Source of the DNA: Clostridia bacterium
GTDB taxonomy: Bacteria > Bacillota > Clostridia > TANB77 > CAG-508
Direction: 5' to 3'
Length of the DNA stretch: 64,000 nt
Assembly: GCA_017510245.1 (NCBI GenBank)
Contig: JAFWNQ010000010.1
Coordinates: 7,178 to 71,177, forward strand
Every line of letters begins with the position of its first letter. Position 1 is the first letter of the stretch. The translations under genes were made by a program, and so were the position numbers. Positions 1-10,141 of the stretch are shown piece by piece. Under the pieces are notes generated by a model. The model searched no databases. It had not been told where the DNA came from and saw nothing but the letters and a program-made list of their open reading frames with translations.

Positions 1-657
1 TAGTATTTCTAAATTGCTACTTTTCATCAAATCAACAAAACCACTATTTTTCATATTTAATGTACTAGTTAAATACTTTCTATCTCCAATAGCTTTTATT
101 TCGTATGGTGAATCCAGTCTTATACTTCCCCCATTCATTACAATAAATGTATCATTAATTGTAACAATATCTGCTAGGTTAATCACTCTATTTCCATTGA
201 TAGATATAGCTTCCGCACCAGCATATTTCAGCTCATTAATCAAAGTTCTTATATTTTCCGATGTATATCTGTTTTCGTCAGTATCAATTAAAGTTAGAAT
301 TACTCCCTCACCTTTAACATCAGTTAGCCCTAATAAATCATTAGACTGGGCTAATTCCTCTTCAATTAGTTCTGATGATTTTGCATTCTCATCAGCAGTA
401 TTTTTATACTCATCTATTTTATTTTGGTTGCTTTGTAATTGCTCTTGAGCTTCTTCATATTTTGACTTGTAAGTAGCCACTTGTGTTTTTAATTCATCTT
501 CTCTAAGTGACTCAATATTTGACTTTCTATATTCATCAACACTTTTGAATTGTATTAATATCGTAGAAACTAAAAGTGTTGATATAAAAGCAATCGTCAC
601 TCTTAGCACAATTTTGTTTTTATCAGTTTTTGTTTTCAATTTTCTACTTCCTTTCAT
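1..657 (-). CDS. DUF881-family division-associated membrane protein; 3' end cut by window edge
   Basis: Not in the ORF track because there is no stop in the window. ATG at 657-655, and the frame is open to base 1 (all codons checked). Product MKGSRKLKTKTDKNKIVLRVTIAF...LKYAGAEAISINGNRVI... is a paralog of the 670-1380 protein. The listed + ORF 14-448 is its antisense shadow. Confidence 0.8.
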   Translation of the reverse strand, partial: MKGSRKLKTKTDKNKIVLRVTIAFISTLLVSTILIQFKSVDEYRKSNIESLREDELKTQVATYKSKYEEAQEQLQSNQNKIDEYKNTADENAKSSELIEEELAQSNDLLGLTDVKGEGVILTLIDTDENRYTSENIRTLINELKYAGAEAISINGNRVINLADIVTINDTFIVMNGGSIRLDSPYEIKAIGDRKYLTSTLNMKNSGFVDLMKSSNLEIL

Positions 658-669
658 GCTTTTTAATTA

Positions 670-1380
670 CTATTCTATACTTGTTGCATATTTAAAATTT
701 AAAGCTCCACTATACTTCTTTATTTTAATACTATTCGATTTCTTTAGCTCTACAGTTGTATATTCTTTCATATATTGAAGATATCCACCAGGTCTATTAA
801 TTCCGTAAAGTCTTTCTTGATTTCCAATTGCTTTAATAACAAATGGAGATGTAACTTTTTCCCCATTAATTGAAATAACATTTCCAGCACATACAATACA
901 GGTTGTATTCACAATTCTTTGATCATTTATCGAAATGGCTTCCGCACCAGCATTACTAAGTTCACTAACTATTTCTCTTAAATCCACATCATGTACAAGA
1001 TAGTCACTTACATTATCAGCAGCCTTTGCTACTTGTCCGTCCTTTGCAGTTATTGTGATTCCTTCACCTGTTACATCTAAAAGTCCTAGCATCATGTTGT
1101 TTTTCTTTAATTGGTCTGTTTTTTCTTGAGAACTTGAATCATATTGAGTTGCTGAAACTCTTATTTCTTCTAATTCCTTATTAGATTGATTTAATTTTGC
1201 AGTTATATTAGTATATTTTTCTTCCCATTGAAGTAATGAGTCTTTTAATTCATCATTTCTAAGTAGTTGTGTTACATTAGAATCTTGCTTAGCCATAGTT
1301 CTTACTTGCAACGTTATAGCTATCGATAGTATAAAAAACACAATAGCTAATGATAATCTATAAAATCTATTCTTTTTCAA
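670..1380 (-). CDS. DUF881-family division-associated membrane protein
   Basis: N-terminal TM, coiled-coil, then ...LSNAGAEAISINDQRIV...SPFVIKAIGN..., typical of the YlxW/YlxX-like proteins next to ftsQ in Firmicutes. Confidence 0.8.
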   Translation of the reverse strand: MKKNRFYRLSLAIVFFILSIAITLQVRTMAKQDSNVTQLLRNDELKDSLLQWEEKYTNITAKLNQSNKELEEIRVSATQYDSSSQEKTDQLKKNNMMLGLLDVTGEGITITAKDGQVAKAADNVSDYLVHDVDLREIVSELSNAGAEAISINDQRIVNTTCIVCAGNVISINGEKVTSPFVIKAIGNQERLYGINRPGGYLQYMKEYTTVELKKSNSIKIKKYSGALNFKYATSIE

Positions 1381-1391
1381 TTTCTCTCCTC

Positions 1392-2453
1392 CTAAACATT
1401 TTGCTTAAAATATGCATTCTTTTTGTTCAAATCCACATTAACAAATATCTCTCCATTATTGTCTTTTTCTTTTTCTAATATTGCTTTGATATACATCATC
1501 TTTGTATCTATAGATGTATTATCTCCAAAGTGTATTGTTTTTCCTTCACCTTCCAGAAACAATTGATAATCGCTATCATCCTCTATATTAATTGAAGTTA
1601 TTTTAGTGTAAATATCAAAATTCTTAGCTATGTTAGTAATTTGAGATATTTCCATAATTTTTTTTATATCATTTTCAGAAATCTTGTTTCCTGGTTTAAT
1701 ATTATCAGAAGTAGTTTCATATCCTATTATTCTTATTAAATTTGGTACAGTCTCATTAGAAATCTCTAAAATCTCTCCACTTTTATCTATGTATGCAAAT
1801 GTACTTCCAAACTCAAGTAAAAACTCAACCTCTCTTTCTTTAATGTTGATAATTATAGTTGATGGCAAAATTCTATGGATTGATGTTTTCTCTGCATCAA
1901 TATATGGATTTTCAGATAATTTATTTCTTAATATTGTATTATTCTCTTTAAAAATATTTGTGTCATTTCCAATATTTAATAAGCCCAGAATTGATTCTTT
2001 TGTAATATGTTCATTATTTGCTATGTTTATGTTACTTATGTTGAATATTGGTGACATTACAAACAGTATAATTGCAGTAAACAGTATAAAAACAATAAAA
2101 GTAAATTTTACTGTTTTTTTAATTCTTCTCATTTGTTTTATTTTTCTTATATTTTGCTGCTCTTTCTGCTTATCACTTAGCATAGTTTTTTCAAGTTTTT
2201 TTGCTTTTTTTAATTCTCTATTTTTTTTAGCTTTTTCTCTACTCTTTCTTTTTTGTAATTCCTTTATTCTTTCTTTTTTTTGTGTTTCATCATCACTGCT
2301 CTTATCATTTCTTTTTTGTTTTCTTTTCCTTGTAAGTTTTTCCTTAGGTGCTGTTTCCATATCATAGTTGAAAATTCCACTTTTTTGAGTTGCATTTAAC
2401 TTACTATTCTTTTTATCATTATATGCTTTTTTGTCTTTAGTCGCTTTCTTCAT
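1392..2453 (-). CDS. ftsQ: Cell division protein FtsQ/DivIB with a long Lys-rich N-terminal extension
   Basis: Single TM followed by a POTRA-like segment (NISNINIANNEHITKESILGLL...IHRILPSTIIINIKERE). Sits between murA and the DUF881 genes. RBS aaaggagtga lies upstream of the ATG. Confidence 0.8.
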   Translation of the reverse strand: MKKATKDKKAYNDKKNSKLNATQKSGIFNYDMETAPKEKLTRKRKQKRNDKSSDDETQKKERIKELQKRKSREKAKKNRELKKAKKLEKTMLSDKQKEQQNIRKIKQMRRIKKTVKFTFIVFILFTAIILFVMSPIFNISNINIANNEHITKESILGLLNIGNDTNIFKENNTILRNKLSENPYIDAEKTSIHRILPSTIIINIKEREVEFLLEFGSTFAYIDKSGEILEISNETVPNLIRIIGYETTSDNIKPGNKISENDIKKIMEISQITNIAKNFDIYTKITSINIEDDSDYQLFLEGEGKTIHFGDNTSIDTKMMYIKAILEKEKDNNGEIFVNVDLNKKNAYFKQNV

Positions 2454-2468
2454 AGAATTTTCACTCCT

Positions 2469-3728
2469 TTATTTATTAATAATTTTAATATTAGCTCCTA
2501 GTGAAAGTAATTTTTCATCAAGTTTTTCATATCCTCTCAGTATATATTCAGCATCTTCTACTACTGTCTTTCCTTCTGCAGCAAGTCCTTCTAATACTAA
2601 ACTCGCTCCTCCTCTAAGGTCTTTTGATTTTACCACATTTCCACTGATTTTTTCAACACCTTTAATACTAATTTCTCTACCATTTTTATTAATCTTAATA
2701 TCTGCCCCCATTTTACTTAGTTCTTTGCAAAATTCAAATCTATTTTCAAAAATATTTTCCTCTATTTTAGAAGTTCCTTTTGCTTTTGTCAACAATGCTG
2801 TAAAAATAGGTTCCAAGTCTGTTGGGAAACCTGGGTAAGGTTCTGTACTTATAGAAATACTTTTAATTTTTTTAGGTGCCTTCAAGCATATTTCATTATT
2901 TTTAATTGATATATCGCACCCTATCTCTTTGAGCTTATATAAGACATTAGACAAATCTGATGGATTAGTATTGGTAATTCTTATTTTTCCATGTGTAATT
3001 GCAGCACCACATAAAAAAGTTCCCGCTTCTATTCTGTCTGGCATTATCTTGTATTGGACAGGATTTAATTTATTAACTCCAACTATTTTTATATTAGAAG
3101 TTCCTGCACCATAAATCTTTGCTCCCATCTTTTTTAAGCAGTTTGCCAAGTCTTTTATTTCAGGCTCCTTAGCAGCATTACTAATTCTTGTAACACCTTT
3201 TGCATAAATAGAAGACAAAATAATATTTTCTGTTGCACCAACACTTGGAAATTCAAGTTGTAATTTTGCACCTCTAATTGTTTTAGTTGCACAAATTATT
3301 TTATTTTGTTTTTCTGTAAATCTAATTCCTAGTTCTTTCAATGCTTTAATATGTAAATTTATAGGTCTAGCACCAATATTGCATCCTCCTGGAAATGAAA
3401 AAGTTGCTCTTTTCATTCTGCCAACAATTGCACCTACAAGAATAACTGTAGATCTACATCTATGCATTAACTCTTCCGGAATTTCAGTTTTTTTCAAATT
3501 AAAACTTGATATAGTAATTTTATCACACTCTCTTGTTATTTTGCAACCTAATACCTTTAATATTTTTAAGGTTGTCTTTACATCATCAATATCTGGTACA
3601 TTATAGAAAACTACTGGATTTGGATTTAATATTGCTGTTGCTAATATTGGCAATGCAGAATTTTTAGATCCAGAATTTTTGATTTCTCCATTTAACTCTT
3701 TTCCTCCATTAATAACATAACTTATCAT
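2469..3728 (-). CDS. murA: UDP-N-acetylglucosamine 1-carboxyvinyltransferase
   Basis: Full-length 419 aa. The N-terminus ...GEIKNSGSKNSALPILATAILN and overall similarity to MurA are unmistakable. Confidence 0.95.
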   Translation of the reverse strand: MISYVINGGKELNGEIKNSGSKNSALPILATAILNPNPVVFYNVPDIDDVKTTLKILKVLGCKITRECDKITISSFNLKKTEIPEELMHRCRSTVILVGAIVGRMKRATFSFPGGCNIGARPINLHIKALKELGIRFTEKQNKIICATKTIRGAKLQLEFPSVGATENIILSSIYAKGVTRISNAAKEPEIKDLANCLKKMGAKIYGAGTSNIKIVGVNKLNPVQYKIMPDRIEAGTFLCGAAITHGKIRITNTNPSDLSNVLYKLKEIGCDISIKNNEICLKAPKKIKSISISTEPYPGFPTDLEPIFTALLTKAKGTSKIEENIFENRFEFCKELSKMGADIKINKNGREISIKGVEKISGNVVKSKDLRGGASLVLEGLAAEGKTVVEDAEYILRGYEKLDEKLLSLGANIKIINK

Positions 3729-3797
3729 ATAATATAACCTCTTATTTTTTTATATAATATGTTTTTAGTTCTTAAATAGTTCATGTACTAATATTAG

Positions 3798-3826
3798 TTT
3801 ACTTTTATTGCCAAATATGCTATAAT
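3798..3826 (+). promoter_or_regulatory. Sigma-A-type promoter for the RelA/SpoT-like gene
   Basis: TTTACT (3798-3803), 17 nt, TATAAT (3821-3826), about 30 nt upstream of the RBS and ATG at 3859. Confidence 0.5.
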
Positions 3827-3858
3827 TAAGTTATGTAAATAAAGAAAGGACTATTTAT

Positions 3859-5418
3859 ATGGAAAATGATTTTAGAAAAAGTTTAATTGTAGAGCCAACT
3901 CCTGTATTTAGTGAAATTGATGAACAAGAATTTATTGAAAGAAATACAAGAAACTATATTACATTATACAATATACCAGAAGTTAGAGAGTATTATACTC
4001 AAGTTGTTACATCAATTATTCTAGCATATAGTGAAAAATATGGTAATCATGGCATTCAATTAAATTATAGATATAAATCTCCTAAAAGCATAAGAAATAA
4101 AATGAGAGAATACGTAAGAGATAAGCAATCTGAGCCTGATATTAAGCAACCTATGTATGATGGTTTTGCTATGAAATTAATAACTAGCGAAGTGCCATCA
4201 CTTATGTATTCGAGAGACCCATATAGATTATTTGATAAAGACAAAACACTATCTCAATTAGTTTCAGAAAGAAAATCAAATTATGATTTTTTAGAAAAAA
4301 TGCAAGAATTTAAGAGTAAACTAGTTGAAGATGAAAGCGGAAATTCTCCTAAATCTAGATTTGATGTTTCGCAAGAAGAATACTTTACAAATTGTATATC
4401 TTTATTAAAAAGAACATTAACAATTGTTGATCCTGAAGAGACATTAATTATAGCTCAAATCAATTCAAGTATTTCAAAAATGGAAAGTAAGCTTAAATCA
4501 GCTAGAGACTCCGGAATGGCATCATATCCTATTACACACAGAGAATTCGAAGTTGATTCTAGTCAATCAGAATCGCCTGAAAATTTCCTTGCTTTTTTAG
4601 ACAATTTTGAAAGCAAAATGCATAATGAATTAGCTATGGCTGTTTTAAATAAGCAATTTACTAGCTTATTTAAAAGTAATGAAGAACAATTTAGAGCATT
4701 AGGAATTAGCTTATCAGGTTCTAAGCCATTTAAAAGAAAAAGAAAAGATAATGGATATGAATCTAACTTTATTTATATAGATACACTATTTGGAACCATT
4801 GAATGCCAATTGCAAACATATGAGCAATATCAGCAAGGAAAAACTGGTTCAGCTTCTCATTTTCAATACTCTGAGCAGAGAGACGATGATGACATTTTAC
4901 TTGAAGAAAATGATGGAGATTCTCAAAAAGAAGAGTTACCTCAACTTGTCAGTCTACCAACACCAGGTGGATTTTCCGATCCAGAAGTTGCAATGAATTT
5001 CTTGCAAAGAGTTCGTGAAATATCTCCACAGATTTCTTCAGTAACAATGGGTAGCTATAGAACTAAAAATATTGATTATGGAGCTTTTAGAAATTACTAT
5101 TCTATTTTTGCTGAAATCCCACCTAGTCATTTTCTAACTCCTCAATTTACTCAATATTTCACTGCTCTTAGAGATACTCCTGATTCACCTTTAAAAAATT
5201 ATCCAGATCAATTGAGGCAATATAACATTCAAGATGTTGAGGACTATATAGGTAGTGACGAGTTCGAAAGATTGAAAAGAATTTCTGAATTGTGGCATCT
5301 TCACTTTGATACGTTTGCAGATAGTTACGCACATTCAGGTTTATATGTTTCTAATAATAATAACATTCAAAATGTTCCCGAACAATTAACATTGCCTAAC
5401 CTAGACCTTGATAGATAA
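3859..5418 (+). CDS. Divergent RelA/SpoT-like nucleotidyltransferase (alarmone-synthetase fold) with a large insertion and C-terminal extension
   Basis: Synthetase-type motifs occur in order: RYKSPKSIRNKM (aa 71-82), YDGFAMKLI (aa 100-108), NGYESNFIYI (aa 298-307), IECQLQTYEQ (aa 314-323), SASHFQY. About 190 aa are inserted between motifs 2 and 3. Confidence 0.55.
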   Translation: MENDFRKSLIVEPTPVFSEIDEQEFIERNTRNYITLYNIPEVREYYTQVVTSIILAYSEKYGNHGIQLNYRYKSPKSIRNKMREYVRDKQSEPDIKQPMYDGFAMKLITSEVPSLMYSRDPYRLFDKDKTLSQLVSERKSNYDFLEKMQEFKSKLVEDESGNSPKSRFDVSQEEYFTNCISLLKRTLTIVDPEETLIIAQINSSISKMESKLKSARDSGMASYPITHREFEVDSSQSESPENFLAFLDNFESKMHNELAMAVLNKQFTSLFKSNEEQFRALGISLSGSKPFKRKRKDNGYESNFIYIDTLFGTIECQLQTYEQYQQGKTGSASHFQYSEQRDDDDILLEENDGDSQKEELPQLVSLPTPGGFSDPEVAMNFLQRVREISPQISSVTMGSYRTKNIDYGAFRNYYSIFAEIPPSHFLTPQFTQYFTALRDTPDSPLKNYPDQLRQYNIQDVEDYIGSDEFERLKRISELWHLHFDTFADSYAHSGLYVSNNNNIQNVPEQLTLPNLDLDR

Positions 5419-5480
5419 TTTAATTCATATTAATTTCTGCAAATGATATAGGTAAAAATATAATTTTTTGTAATATAAAT

Positions 5481-5517
5481 AAAGATTCGAATAATCAAAA
5501 AGATAATTCGAATCTTT
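5481..5517. terminator. Bidirectional intrinsic terminator between convergent genes
   Basis: Perfect 12-bp stem aaagattcgaat / attcgaatcttt with a 13-nt loop, flanked by an A-run on one side and a T-run on the other. Confidence 0.7.
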
Positions 5518-5525
5518 TATTTTTT

Positions 5526-8500
5526 CTATTTTTTACTCAAGTCTATAGATAGCAATTTACTTATGCCATTTTCCTCCATCGTAATTCCATAAACCGTATT
5601 TGCTGCTTCCATCGAACCTTTTCTGTGTGTTATTATTAAAAATTGAGTTTCTTCACTAAATTTTTTCAAGAAGTCAGCATATCTATACACATTTACATCA
5701 TCTAAAGCCGCTTCAATTTCATCCAAAATACAGAAAGGTGCTGGATTTATTTTTAAAATTGCAAATAGTAATGCAATCGCAGTTAATGCCTTTTCACCTC
5801 CTGATAAAAGCATCATGTTTTGTAGCTTTTTTCCAGTTGGTTGAACTTTAATACTGATACCACTTTCTAATACATTTTCTTCATCATCTAGTATAAGTTC
5901 AGCTTTTCCCCCTCCAAAAAGTTCAATAAATACTTCATTAAAATACTTTTGAATTTTCTTAAATTGTTGTTCAAATTGTTTTTTCATTGTTGCTGTCATT
6001 TCTTGAATCATATTTCTTAATTTAGCCATTGTTGTTTCCAAATCTAGCCTTTGTTCACACATAGTTTCATATCGTTCTTCAGTCTTTTTATATTCATCAA
6101 TTGCAGATACGTTAACATCACCAAGCTCTTTCATTTCATCATGAATTTTGTTAACATTTTTTTGCGTTTCTTGAACATTTGTCGGTTTTTCAAATTCTTC
6201 TTTAGCATTATTTGGTGTAATTTCATAATCTCTCCATAGGTTATTTATAATTTCGTTTAACCCCTGGTTTGCAGAAGCCAACTTAGAATCTGTCTTTACT
6301 AAGCCTTCCTTCACTTTTTGAATAGTTTCAAACTGATTTGTTATTTCTTTTTCTATACTGTCTATCTTTTCATTTTTAGCTTTTCTATCCTCTTTTAGCT
6401 TTTCTGACATTTCTCCGCTGTTAGCTACTTCCTCTTTTATTTTTTCTATATTATTCTTAAGATTTTCTATCGTTTCTTCTAGTTCTTTATTTTGCACATC
6501 AATTTTATCTATTTCAGCTTTTTTATTAGCAATATCATTTTTTTCATTAGCAATATCTTCTTTTATTCTTTCCATCATCTCTTCTATAGATGTATTGCTT
6601 TCATCAAATGATGATACTGAAATCTTTAGGTCTGTAATATCTTCATTTAAATTATCAATATACTCTTGTTCTTCTTTATGATGTTTAGCAAATTCATTTA
6701 TTTCATTTAGAAGATTTTCAGACTCTTCATTAATCTCTTCTATCTTTTTTTCTATTTTTTCTTTTTCTATTATAGAATTATCTATGTTTTCTTTTAAAGT
6801 AGTAATGCTTTTCTCTATTTTAGTTTTATTATTAATTATTCTTTCAATATCTGTTTCAATCGAGCTATTCTTTTCACTTATTTTTGCAAACTCAATTTCC
6901 GATTCTCTTAGTCTTTCTTCTACATCTTGTATTTTTGTAAGAATATTTTCATTATTCTTTATGTATTCTTCCTTTTCTAATACTATTTTTTCTAACTCTT
7001 TGTCTAATCTTTTGATTTCTTTTTCTAGTCTTGCAATTTCAGTTTTTCTTCCTAAAATATTAACTGTCTTTTTTTGTATCGAACCTCCTGACATAGCTCC
7101 CGAAGGATTTATTATATCACCTTCTAGAGTAACTATCTTAAACGAATACTTGTTATTTTTTGCACACTTAATTGCTGATTCTATATTATCAACAACTACC
7201 GTTTTTCCTAATAAGTTTAATACAATGTTTTCATATTTTTTATCTGCTTTAACTAAATCAGAAGCAATTCCTACAACTCCATCTCTTGAAATAATTCTTT
7301 CGATTTTTTTCCCTTTTATTGTTGATACAGGTAAAAATGAAGCTCTACCTAATTTATTCTTTCTTAAATACTCTATAAGTTTTTTAGCATCTTGTTCTGT
7401 ATCAGTAACAATATTTTGCATTGCGGCTCCCAGAGCCATTTCAATAGCTACTTGATATTTTTCATCAGTTGAAATAATATTTGCTAAGACTCCATTTATT
7501 CCTTTTTTTAGATTTCTATCACTATCACACGCAACTAGAACATCTTTAACAGATTTTATATATCCTTCTTTTTCCTTTTCAGTTTCTATTAAAAAGTTAT
7601 ATCTAGAACTAATCAATCTCTTTTTGTCTGTTGCTTTTTCAATGTTTTTTTCATACTCTTCAATTTTTCTATCTATTTTTCCTTTTTCTTCTTGAATTGA
7701 TTCTAGCTCTTTTTTATTATTATTCTTTATTCTTTCATTTTCATTTAATTCTTTTAATATATCATTTTTTTCTGTTCGTTTCTTATCTAATTCTGATATT
7801 ATTCTTGATAGTTCTCTATTTTCTTGCTTTGTTCTATCCTTATAGTTTTCACAATTTGTTTCTAACATTGTTATATCGTTTTGTAACTTATATTTATCTT
7901 CAGTTAATTCTTCATTCTTTTTCTTCTTATTCTCAATTTCAATTTGCTTAGAACTTAATTTTTTACTTAGCTCAGCAAACTCTGTTTCTTTTAACTCAAG
8001 TTCTTTTACAAATTTTTCTTTGTTTTTTAGTAAATCTTCCTTTCTAATCTCCCTATTTTTAATATCTTCTTCCAGTTTTTCAATGTTTTTAGTATTCTCT
8101 GTTATTTCATTTTCTAGTCTATTTTTATTTGCCTTATTGTTTGAAATTCTTTCATAACTTATGCTAATATCCGAATTAATTTTTTCTATTTGGTTTTTAC
8201 TCTCAAAATTAATATTTTGCATTCTCTCTATTTGTTCATTTATTTTATCTAATTCTTCTTTTAATTGTTCCTTAATTTTTTGTATTTCATTAAGTTTATC
8301 ATTTTCATTCTCATTTTGTTCTTCAAATATTTCTTTACTCTTTATTAGATTTTCTATTTTACTTTTAAAACTATCAATCTTATATATGTAAAGTCCTACT
8401 TCTATTCTCTTTAATTCATCTCTTAATTCTAAATACTTTTTTGCCTTTTCAGCTTGTTCCTTAAGAGGCTCTAAATTAGCTTCGATTTCTGTCAATATAT

Positions 8501-9077
8501 CATTTATTCTCACTATATTTACTTTAGTTTGCTCAAGTTTTTTCTCGGTTTCATCTCTTCTTGCTCTATATTTTACAATTCCAGCTGCCTCCTCAAAAAT
8601 ATGTCTTCTGTCTTCAGATTTATTACTTAAGATTTCGTCTATTCTACCTTGCCCAATAATTGAATATCCATCTTTTCCTATCCCTGTATCCATGAATAAT
8701 TCAGTTATGTCTTTAAGTCTACATGGAACTTTATTTATGAAATATCCTGACTCTCCTGTTCTATAAATTCTTCTTGATACTGTAACTTCATTATATTCTA
8801 TAGGTAAACTTCCATCTGAATTGTCTAGTATCATAGTTGCTTCGGCAAATCCCAATGATTTTCTATTTTGAGTTCCAGCAAAAATAATATCCTCAGATTT
8901 TGATCCTCTAAGTGATTTCATGCTTTGTTCTCCAAGCACCCATCTAATAGCATCAGAGATATTACTTTTTCCTGATCCATTTGGTCCTATTACAGCAGTA
9001 ATGCCTGGCTTAAATTCTAGTACTGTTCTATTTGCAAAAGATTTGAATCCTTGCAATTCTAAGCTCTTTAAATACAT
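5526..9077 (-). CDS. smc: Chromosome segregation protein SMC
   Basis: Start MYLKSLELQGFKSF...GPNGSGKSN (Walker A), long coiled coils, hinge, and C-terminal LSGGEKALTAIALLFA...ILDEIEAALD. The start was moved to the ATG at 9077 (RBS aaggagca). The 26-aa track extension is unlikely. Confidence 0.95.
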   Translation of the reverse strand: MYLKSLELQGFKSFANRTVLEFKPGITAVIGPNGSGKSNISDAIRWVLGEQSMKSLRGSKSEDIIFAGTQNRKSLGFAEATMILDNSDGSLPIEYNEVTVSRRIYRTGESGYFINKVPCRLKDITELFMDTGIGKDGYSIIGQGRIDEILSNKSEDRRHIFEEAAGIVKYRARRDETEKKLEQTKVNIVRINDILTEIEANLEPLKEQAEKAKKYLELRDELKRIEVGLYIYKIDSFKSKIENLIKSKEIFEEQNENENDKLNEIQKIKEQLKEELDKINEQIERMQNINFESKNQIEKINSDISISYERISNNKANKNRLENEITENTKNIEKLEEDIKNREIRKEDLLKNKEKFVKELELKETEFAELSKKLSSKQIEIENKKKKNEELTEDKYKLQNDITMLETNCENYKDRTKQENRELSRIISELDKKRTEKNDILKELNENERIKNNNKKELESIQEEKGKIDRKIEEYEKNIEKATDKKRLISSRYNFLIETEKEKEGYIKSVKDVLVACDSDRNLKKGINGVLANIISTDEKYQVAIEMALGAAMQNIVTDTEQDAKKLIEYLRKNKLGRASFLPVSTIKGKKIERIISRDGVVGIASDLVKADKKYENIVLNLLGKTVVVDNIESAIKCAKNNKYSFKIVTLEGDIINPSGAMSGGSIQKKTVNILGRKTEIARLEKEIKRLDKELEKIVLEKEEYIKNNENILTKIQDVEERLRESEIEFAKISEKNSSIETDIERIINNKTKIEKSITTLKENIDNSIIEKEKIEKKIEEINEESENLLNEINEFAKHHKEEQEYIDNLNEDITDLKISVSSFDESNTSIEEMMERIKEDIANEKNDIANKKAEIDKIDVQNKELEETIENLKNNIEKIKEEVANSGEMSEKLKEDRKAKNEKIDSIEKEITNQFETIQKVKEGLVKTDSKLASANQGLNEIINNLWRDYEITPNNAKEEFEKPTNVQETQKNVNKIHDEMKELGDVNVSAIDEYKKTEERYETMCEQRLDLETTMAKLRNMIQEMTATMKKQFEQQFKKIQKYFNEVFIELFGGGKAELILDDEENVLESGISIKVQPTGKKLQNMMLLSGGEKALTAIALLFAILKINPAPFCILDEIEAALDDVNVYRYADFLKKFSEETQFLIITHRKGSMEAANTVYGITMEENGISKLLSIDLSKK

Positions 9078-9323
9078 GAATTTGCTCCTTATCTTAGTAT
9101 GGTGTAATATTATCACAAAAACCGTAGGTTGTAAACATTTTTTGTTTTTTTGCATTTAACTAACAATATATTTAACAATGTATCAAAATATGTTCTAATT
9201 TATCTAAAAAACAATTTAAACCAGAAAATAACACGTACTATTATTGCAGATTTAAACAATAATAATACGTGTTTTTGTAGCAAAACCATTTTATTGCCAA
9301 ACTTCTACATCTCCTTTGGCTAC

Positions 9324-10004
9324 TTAATCTCTTCTCGATCTTCCCATAATAGATAATAATCTAATAAATATATTAATAAAATCAAGGTATAATTCCATTG
9401 CACCATAAATATAGAATTTTTCAGTATCATATTCTACATATTCTTGCATATAGCTAATTTTATTCATGTCGTAGATTGTTAATCCACAGAAGATCAAAAG
9501 CATAATCCAATCTAATGCAATATCTATTATAGTATTTCCTATGAATAAGTTTATTATAGAAACTATCAATCCTACAATTAGTCCAACTTTAAGTATAGTT
9601 CCTATCTTAGTCATATCTGCTTTTGTTTCATATCCATATAGCGCTAAACCACCAAACAACAATGCTGTTGTAAAAAATGCATAAAATATTGTGTTCATTT
9701 CAAACGCAGCAAAAATAACACTCATAGTGATTCCATTTATAAAAGCATATAAATAGAATAATACAGTGACTATTGTTGGTGAAAGCTTTCTAAACATCCA
9801 TGAAAAAATTAATACAATTGCAACCTCTGTAATTGCTAATACTGAGTAAGATACGCCTGATAATATTGATATGTACATTCCTGATTTATATGTATATAGT
9901 GCTGTTAATCCAGTTGCCAAAAGTCCTAAAAACATTCTAAAGAATACTTTTATAATAGTACTATTAGTATCATCTACATATTGATTTGTTTTGATTTCTT
10001 CCAT
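9324..10004 (-). CDS. Bax-inhibitor-1/YccA family membrane protein
   Basis: Seven hydrophobic segments and the C-terminal signature ...MELYLDFINIFIRLLSIMGRSRRD. Confidence 0.8.
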   Translation of the reverse strand: MEEIKTNQYVDDTNSTIIKVFFRMFLGLLATGLTALYTYKSGMYISILSGVSYSVLAITEVAIVLIFSWMFRKLSPTIVTVLFYLYAFINGITMSVIFAAFEMNTIFYAFFTTALLFGGLALYGYETKADMTKIGTILKVGLIVGLIVSIINLFIGNTIIDIALDWIMLLIFCGLTIYDMNKISYMQEYVEYDTEKFYIYGAMELYLDFINIFIRLLSIMGRSRRD

Positions 10005-10141
10005 TATTAATCTCTCCTAAAAAAAAATCTTTCATTTATATTTTAAAACAACTATATAAAAAATGCAATTATTTTTTTAATTACAGGTTGTAATTTTTTT
10101 TTATTAATGATATTATTATGGTGTATGCAAAGGAGAAGTAT

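Noticed and set aside
14-448. Track ORFs lying antisense to well-supported genes: 14-448, 1684-2367, 2431-2838, 6784-7455, 7631-7951, 14416-15252, 19150-19551, 23923-24117, 38495-38749, 39135-39497, 45880-46083, 56622-57116 and 59031-59222, among others.
   Set aside because: Each is fully overlapped by a conserved, motif-bearing gene on the other strand. They translate to low-complexity Phe/Leu/Ser/Ile-rich sequence, typical of shadow ORFs in AT-rich DNA.
9078-9155. N-terminal extensions in the track. The track uses the first ATG/GTG/TTG. Affected genes: smc, HD-GYP, mazF, minD, dodecin, spoVAD, spoVAE, rplL, topA, rsmH, the flippase, and the 449-aa protein.
   Set aside because: Internal start codons are preceded by clear GGAGG-type RBSs and match the conserved N-termini of the families. 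The extensions lack an RBS and run through promoters, terminators or hairpins.
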